The position numbers and the translations under genes were made by a program. Positions 61,105 through 64,000 of a DNA stretch of 64,000 bases are shown one piece after another (within the stretch, counting starts at the first letter, position 1; every line of letters starts with the position of its first letter). The DNA lies in the NCBI GenBank assembly GCA_963829525.1, contig CAWHIJ010000003.1, forward strand, positions 2,816,001 to 2,880,000, written 5' to 3'. The stretch is from an uncultured Actinomycetota bacterium (lineage in GTDB: Bacteria > Actinomycetota > Actinomycetes > JAHEKZ01). The notes beneath the pieces were generated by a model. That model worked only from the letters and a program-made list of their open reading frames with translations, did no database searches and was not told the DNA's origin.

Positions 61105-62228
61105 CGTGCCCGCTCCACCTCATGCTTGTTCATGGGGACAGGTTCCCCTACTGGCCGGGAGAACACCAAACGTCCGTTCGCAGTCGTGAGCACGCTGGTG
61201 ATCTGGACGAGCACCTCGTGGCCGACGAACTCGCGCCCGGCCTCGACCACCACCATCGTGCCGTCGTCGAGGTAACCGACTCCTTGGCCGGCCTCCTTGC
61301 CCGTCTTGGTGACCAGCACCACCACCTCGTCACCCGCGGTGACCGGGGGGCGGAGAGCCAGGGCGAGCGCATGCAGGTTGAGGACGCGAACACCGGCTAT
61401 TCCGGCCGCCTTCGCCAGGTTGGTGTCCAGGGTGAGCAGTGCGGCGTCCTTGTCGATCGCGAGTCGCACCAGCTTGGCGTCCACTTCAGGGACGCCGGGG
61501 ACGGTGTCGTCGAGCACGACGACCTCGACGCCCGCCTCGCGCTTGAGCGTCTCGAGGACCTCCAGGCCGCGCCGACCCTTGCCACGCCGGAGGTCGTCAC
61601 CGGCATCGGCGAAGCCTTGCAGCTCACCGATCACCGGAGCCGTCAGAAGAATCTGGCCGTGCAGGAAACCTGCGCGTACGACGTCAACGATGCGCCCGTC
61701 GATCGCGACTGACGTGTCGATGATCTTGGGGTAGGCAGCGGCAGCAGACGATGGCGGAGCCATCCCGGCCTTGGCACCAAACATGCCGATCATCGAGTCG
61801 CGCTTGGCTGCCCCCACCCGGAAGCCCATTAGCCCGAGCACGAAGACGACGAAGGCAAAGATCGGGATCGACAGTGCCGGGGTGTCGATGAAGAAGATCG
61901 GCCAGGCAACGGCAACGCCGACGAAGATCCCGACCAGGCCGCCAAACACGCCGCCGACAATCGTTTCCGCCGAGACCGAGCGAAGGCGCTCCTCGGTGCG
62001 GTCGACAGCCGCGACGGTGCTGCGCCCGATGGTGCCGCCGATGGCGTAGCCGATGAACGAGCCGAGGACGACCCCGAGCAGTACACCGTCGACGCCGGCG
62101 AACGCGGTCCCCTCAAGGTCCCACTGCGACCCGAGCAGCGACCCGAGGCCGGCAAAGAAGACCACGACGAACAGACGTAGGAGCTCGACAACGCCGCTGG
62201 GAACGCGCGCGAGCCGGGGGCGTTTCAT
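61101..62228 (-). CDS. PIN/TRAM domain membrane protein (YacL-like)
   Basis: Four TM, IIDTSVAIDGRI, KGRRGLEVL, EVDAKL, GKEAGQGVGYLDDGTMVVVE, TSVLTT. Confidence 0.92.
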   Translation of the reverse strand: MKRPRLARVPSGVVELLRLFVVVFFAGLGSLLGSQWDLEGTAFAGVDGVLLGVVLGSFIGYAIGGTIGRSTVAAVDRTEERLRSVSAETIVGGVFGGLVGIFVGVAVAWPIFFIDTPALSIPIFAFVVFVLGLMGFRVGAAKRDSMIGMFGAKAGMAPPSSAAAAYPKIIDTSVAIDGRIVDVVRAGFLHGQILLTAPVIGELQGFADAGDDLRRGKGRRGLEVLETLKREAGVEVVVLDDTVPGVPEVDAKLVRLAIDKDAALLTLDTNLAKAAGIAGVRVLNLHALALALRPPVTAGDEVVVLVTKTGKEAGQGVGYLDDGTMVVVEAGREFVGHEVLVQITSVLTTANGRLVFSRPVGEPVPMNKHEVERAR

Positions 62229-62289
62229 GCGCTGCTGCTCCTTGGGCGGCCGTTGGGTGCCGAGCACCCTCGCCGAGCCGCCCGACCCG

Positions 62290-62772
62290 CTAGCTGGCCA
62301 GCACCTCGTCGAGGATGGCCTCGGCCTTGTCCTCATTGGTGTTCTCGGCAAGTGCGAGCTCGGACACAAGGATTTGGCGGGCCTTTGCCAGCATTCGCTT
62401 CTCGCCGGCCGACAGGCCGCGGTCCTGCTCACGGCGGAAGAGGTCTCGGACGACCTCGGCGACCTTGATGACGTCGCCCGATGCGAGCTTTTCGAGATTG
62501 GCCTTGTAGCGGCGCGACCAGTTCGTCGGCTCTTCGGTGTAGGGCATCCGCAGAACGGTGAAGACCCGCTGCAGTCCAGCGGCGTCGACGACGTCACGGA
62601 CGCCGACGTACTCGGCATTGTCAGCGGGAACCCGTACGGTGAGGTCTCCTTGGGCCACCTTGAGGACCAAGTAGAGCCGCTCTTGCCCCTTGACGGTCCG
62701 GGTCTCCACGGCCTCGATCTTCGCAGCACCATGGTGGGGATAGACGACCGTCTCGCCGACTTCGAACGTCAT
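62290..62772 (-). CDS. carD: CarD transcription factor
   Basis: [36 protein letters not shown]. Confidence 0.97.
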   Translation of the reverse strand: MTFEVGETVVYPHHGAAKIEAVETRTVKGQERLYLVLKVAQGDLTVRVPADNAEYVGVRDVVDAAGLQRVFTVLRMPYTEEPTNWSRRYKANLEKLASGDVIKVAEVVRDLFRREQDRGLSAGEKRMLAKARQILVSELALAENTNEDKAEAILDEVLAS

Positions 62773-63097
62773 GTAGTGGTGTCCCCTCGTTGCGTCTAGG
62801 ACTCAAGCAAGCCGACCTCAAGAGCCGGCTCGTAGTCTTCGGGTCGTCGGCCCGTTACGTAGGAAGACCCACGCGGATGTGCCGTCTGGAGTTGTGCGGA
62901 GTCACTAGTCTAACACGACTCCCAGAGACTCGGACGGGCGTTTCCGCAGGTCAGAGGGCGTTCGCGATGGGAAGAACCCACCTTCTAGGGGTTGACAGAA
63001 CGGGTGTCCCCGTGGCACGCGCGCGCCCCTGGGCCAGTTCTGGGCAGGTCACCGACGTCCATTGGCGCTGGTCGAGAGCGGCGAGGATACTGCCCCT

Positions 63098-63865
63098 ATG
63101 AGCGGCTCGCGCGATACCGGGCCGGGCCCGGACGGTCGTCATGACGACCTGCCGCCCGAGGACTTGGCCGGACTTACGCTGCACGCTCCGGACGACCCTC
63201 GCGACCTCGACGCCGACCGAGCTGCCTGGCTCACCGAGAAGGTGAGCGGCACCGCCTCCCCCGCGTCTGACACGTGGGCACAGCGGCGCGATGCCAGGCG
63301 CCGCAGGCTGTCCGTGACCGCTGGAGTGCTGGTGATCTCGCTGCTCATCGTGGCGGTATCCAGCGCAGTCGGTGCGTGGATCGTCGGACCGCAGGCTTCT
63401 GCGCCACCGGCCGCTCCCCTGGCCAGCGCCGTCCCCGAGCCTGGCCAGATCGGGGGCCTCCTGCCCGAGGAGGCGGTCCTGCAGGACGGTGCGACTCCCA
63501 TCTCCGCACGTTCGCTGCGTCCAGCGGTGATAGCTCTGATCCCCGAGCCCTGCGACGAGTGCCAGCAGCTCTTGGCCACCATCGCAGATCAGGCGGGATC
63601 GTTCGGCGTCTCGACAGTGGTCGTCGGGGGTTCGGACCAAGCCGATCAGGTCACTGCCTTGTCCGAGGCGGTGGGTCCCATGCAGCTGAACGCGATGACC
63701 GACCCGGCGAACACACTTCGGGCGACCTACGGGCTCACCGGCATCACGCTTCTTCTGGTCCGCGATGACGGAGTCGTCGTTGACGTCGTGCGCGACCCGA
63801 CCCCGCAAACGCATCTGGAGGGAGGGCTGGTCGAGCTTGCGCCAGCCAGGACCAGCCAAACCTGA
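63098..63865 (+). CDS. Hypothetical membrane-anchored protein with thioredoxin-like CxxC
   Basis: PDDPRDLDAD, one TM helix, PCDEC, LLLVRDDG. Confidence 0.65.
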   Translation: MSGSRDTGPGPDGRHDDLPPEDLAGLTLHAPDDPRDLDADRAAWLTEKVSGTASPASDTWAQRRDARRRRLSVTAGVLVISLLIVAVSSAVGAWIVGPQASAPPAAPLASAVPEPGQIGGLLPEEAVLQDGATPISARSLRPAVIALIPEPCDECQQLLATIADQAGSFGVSTVVVGGSDQADQVTALSEAVGPMQLNAMTDPANTLRATYGLTGITLLLVRDDGVVVDVVRDPTPQTHLEGGLVELAPARTSQT

Positions 63866-63914
63866 GGGCCGGGTTGCTCATCGGCGCCACAGGGCAGTGG
63901 CTACGCTGTCGGCC

Positions 63915-64000
63915 ATGACGCGCTCGCCCAGCCTTCCGGCTTCTGCCCTGCGACTGCCTATCGCCATCGCAGCCTCCGCCCTGCTCGTCCTCAGTGGTTG
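63915..64000 (+). CDS. Putative lipoprotein, 5' partial
   Basis: MTRSP...ASALLVLSG followed by TG at the window edge (possible LSGC lipobox). Confidence 0.45.
   Translation, partial: MTRSPSLPASALRLPIAIAASALLVLSG

Noticed and set aside
61101-62732. 543-aa ORF overlapping carD
   Set aside because: The upstream part is an off-frame reading of carD; the PIN/TRAM protein starts at MKRPRL (62228), preceded by AAGGAG.

Overview
High-GC actinobacterial chromosomal segment, about 60 genes. Marker genes are groEL2 with two CIRCE boxes, carD-ispD-ispF-cysS-rlmB, mycothiol-dependent mscR, desA1, gpgS and tRNA-Thr(TGT). Left part: a TetR-associated amine-uptake/catabolism cluster (polyamine-type ABC transporter, Rieske oxygenase, class III aminotransferase). 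Most notable: (i) an AbiEi/DUF559-like nuclease gene and a DinB2-type polymerase bracketed by three 40-bp palindromes of identical 14-12-14 architecture plus two tandem arrays, resembling a REP-associated nuclease system; (ii) a single-chain DabB-DabA (ND5-like + DUF2309) inorganic-carbon transporter with a P-II-like partner downstream of tRNA-Thr; (iii) a SAM-I riboswitch over a ThrC-like + MoaD/ThiS pair; (iv) an acsA-pdhABC-ACP cassette and a degenerate ECF sigma fused to a membrane domain, both between csp and groEL2; (v) a nucleotidyltransferase/kinase/flippase trio; (vi) a tandem duplication of a kinase-less sensor-like membrane gene between ispF and cysS. Six genes carry single frameshifts, most simply explained as assembly indels. 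All product calls come from motif recognition by eye; no database searches were run.
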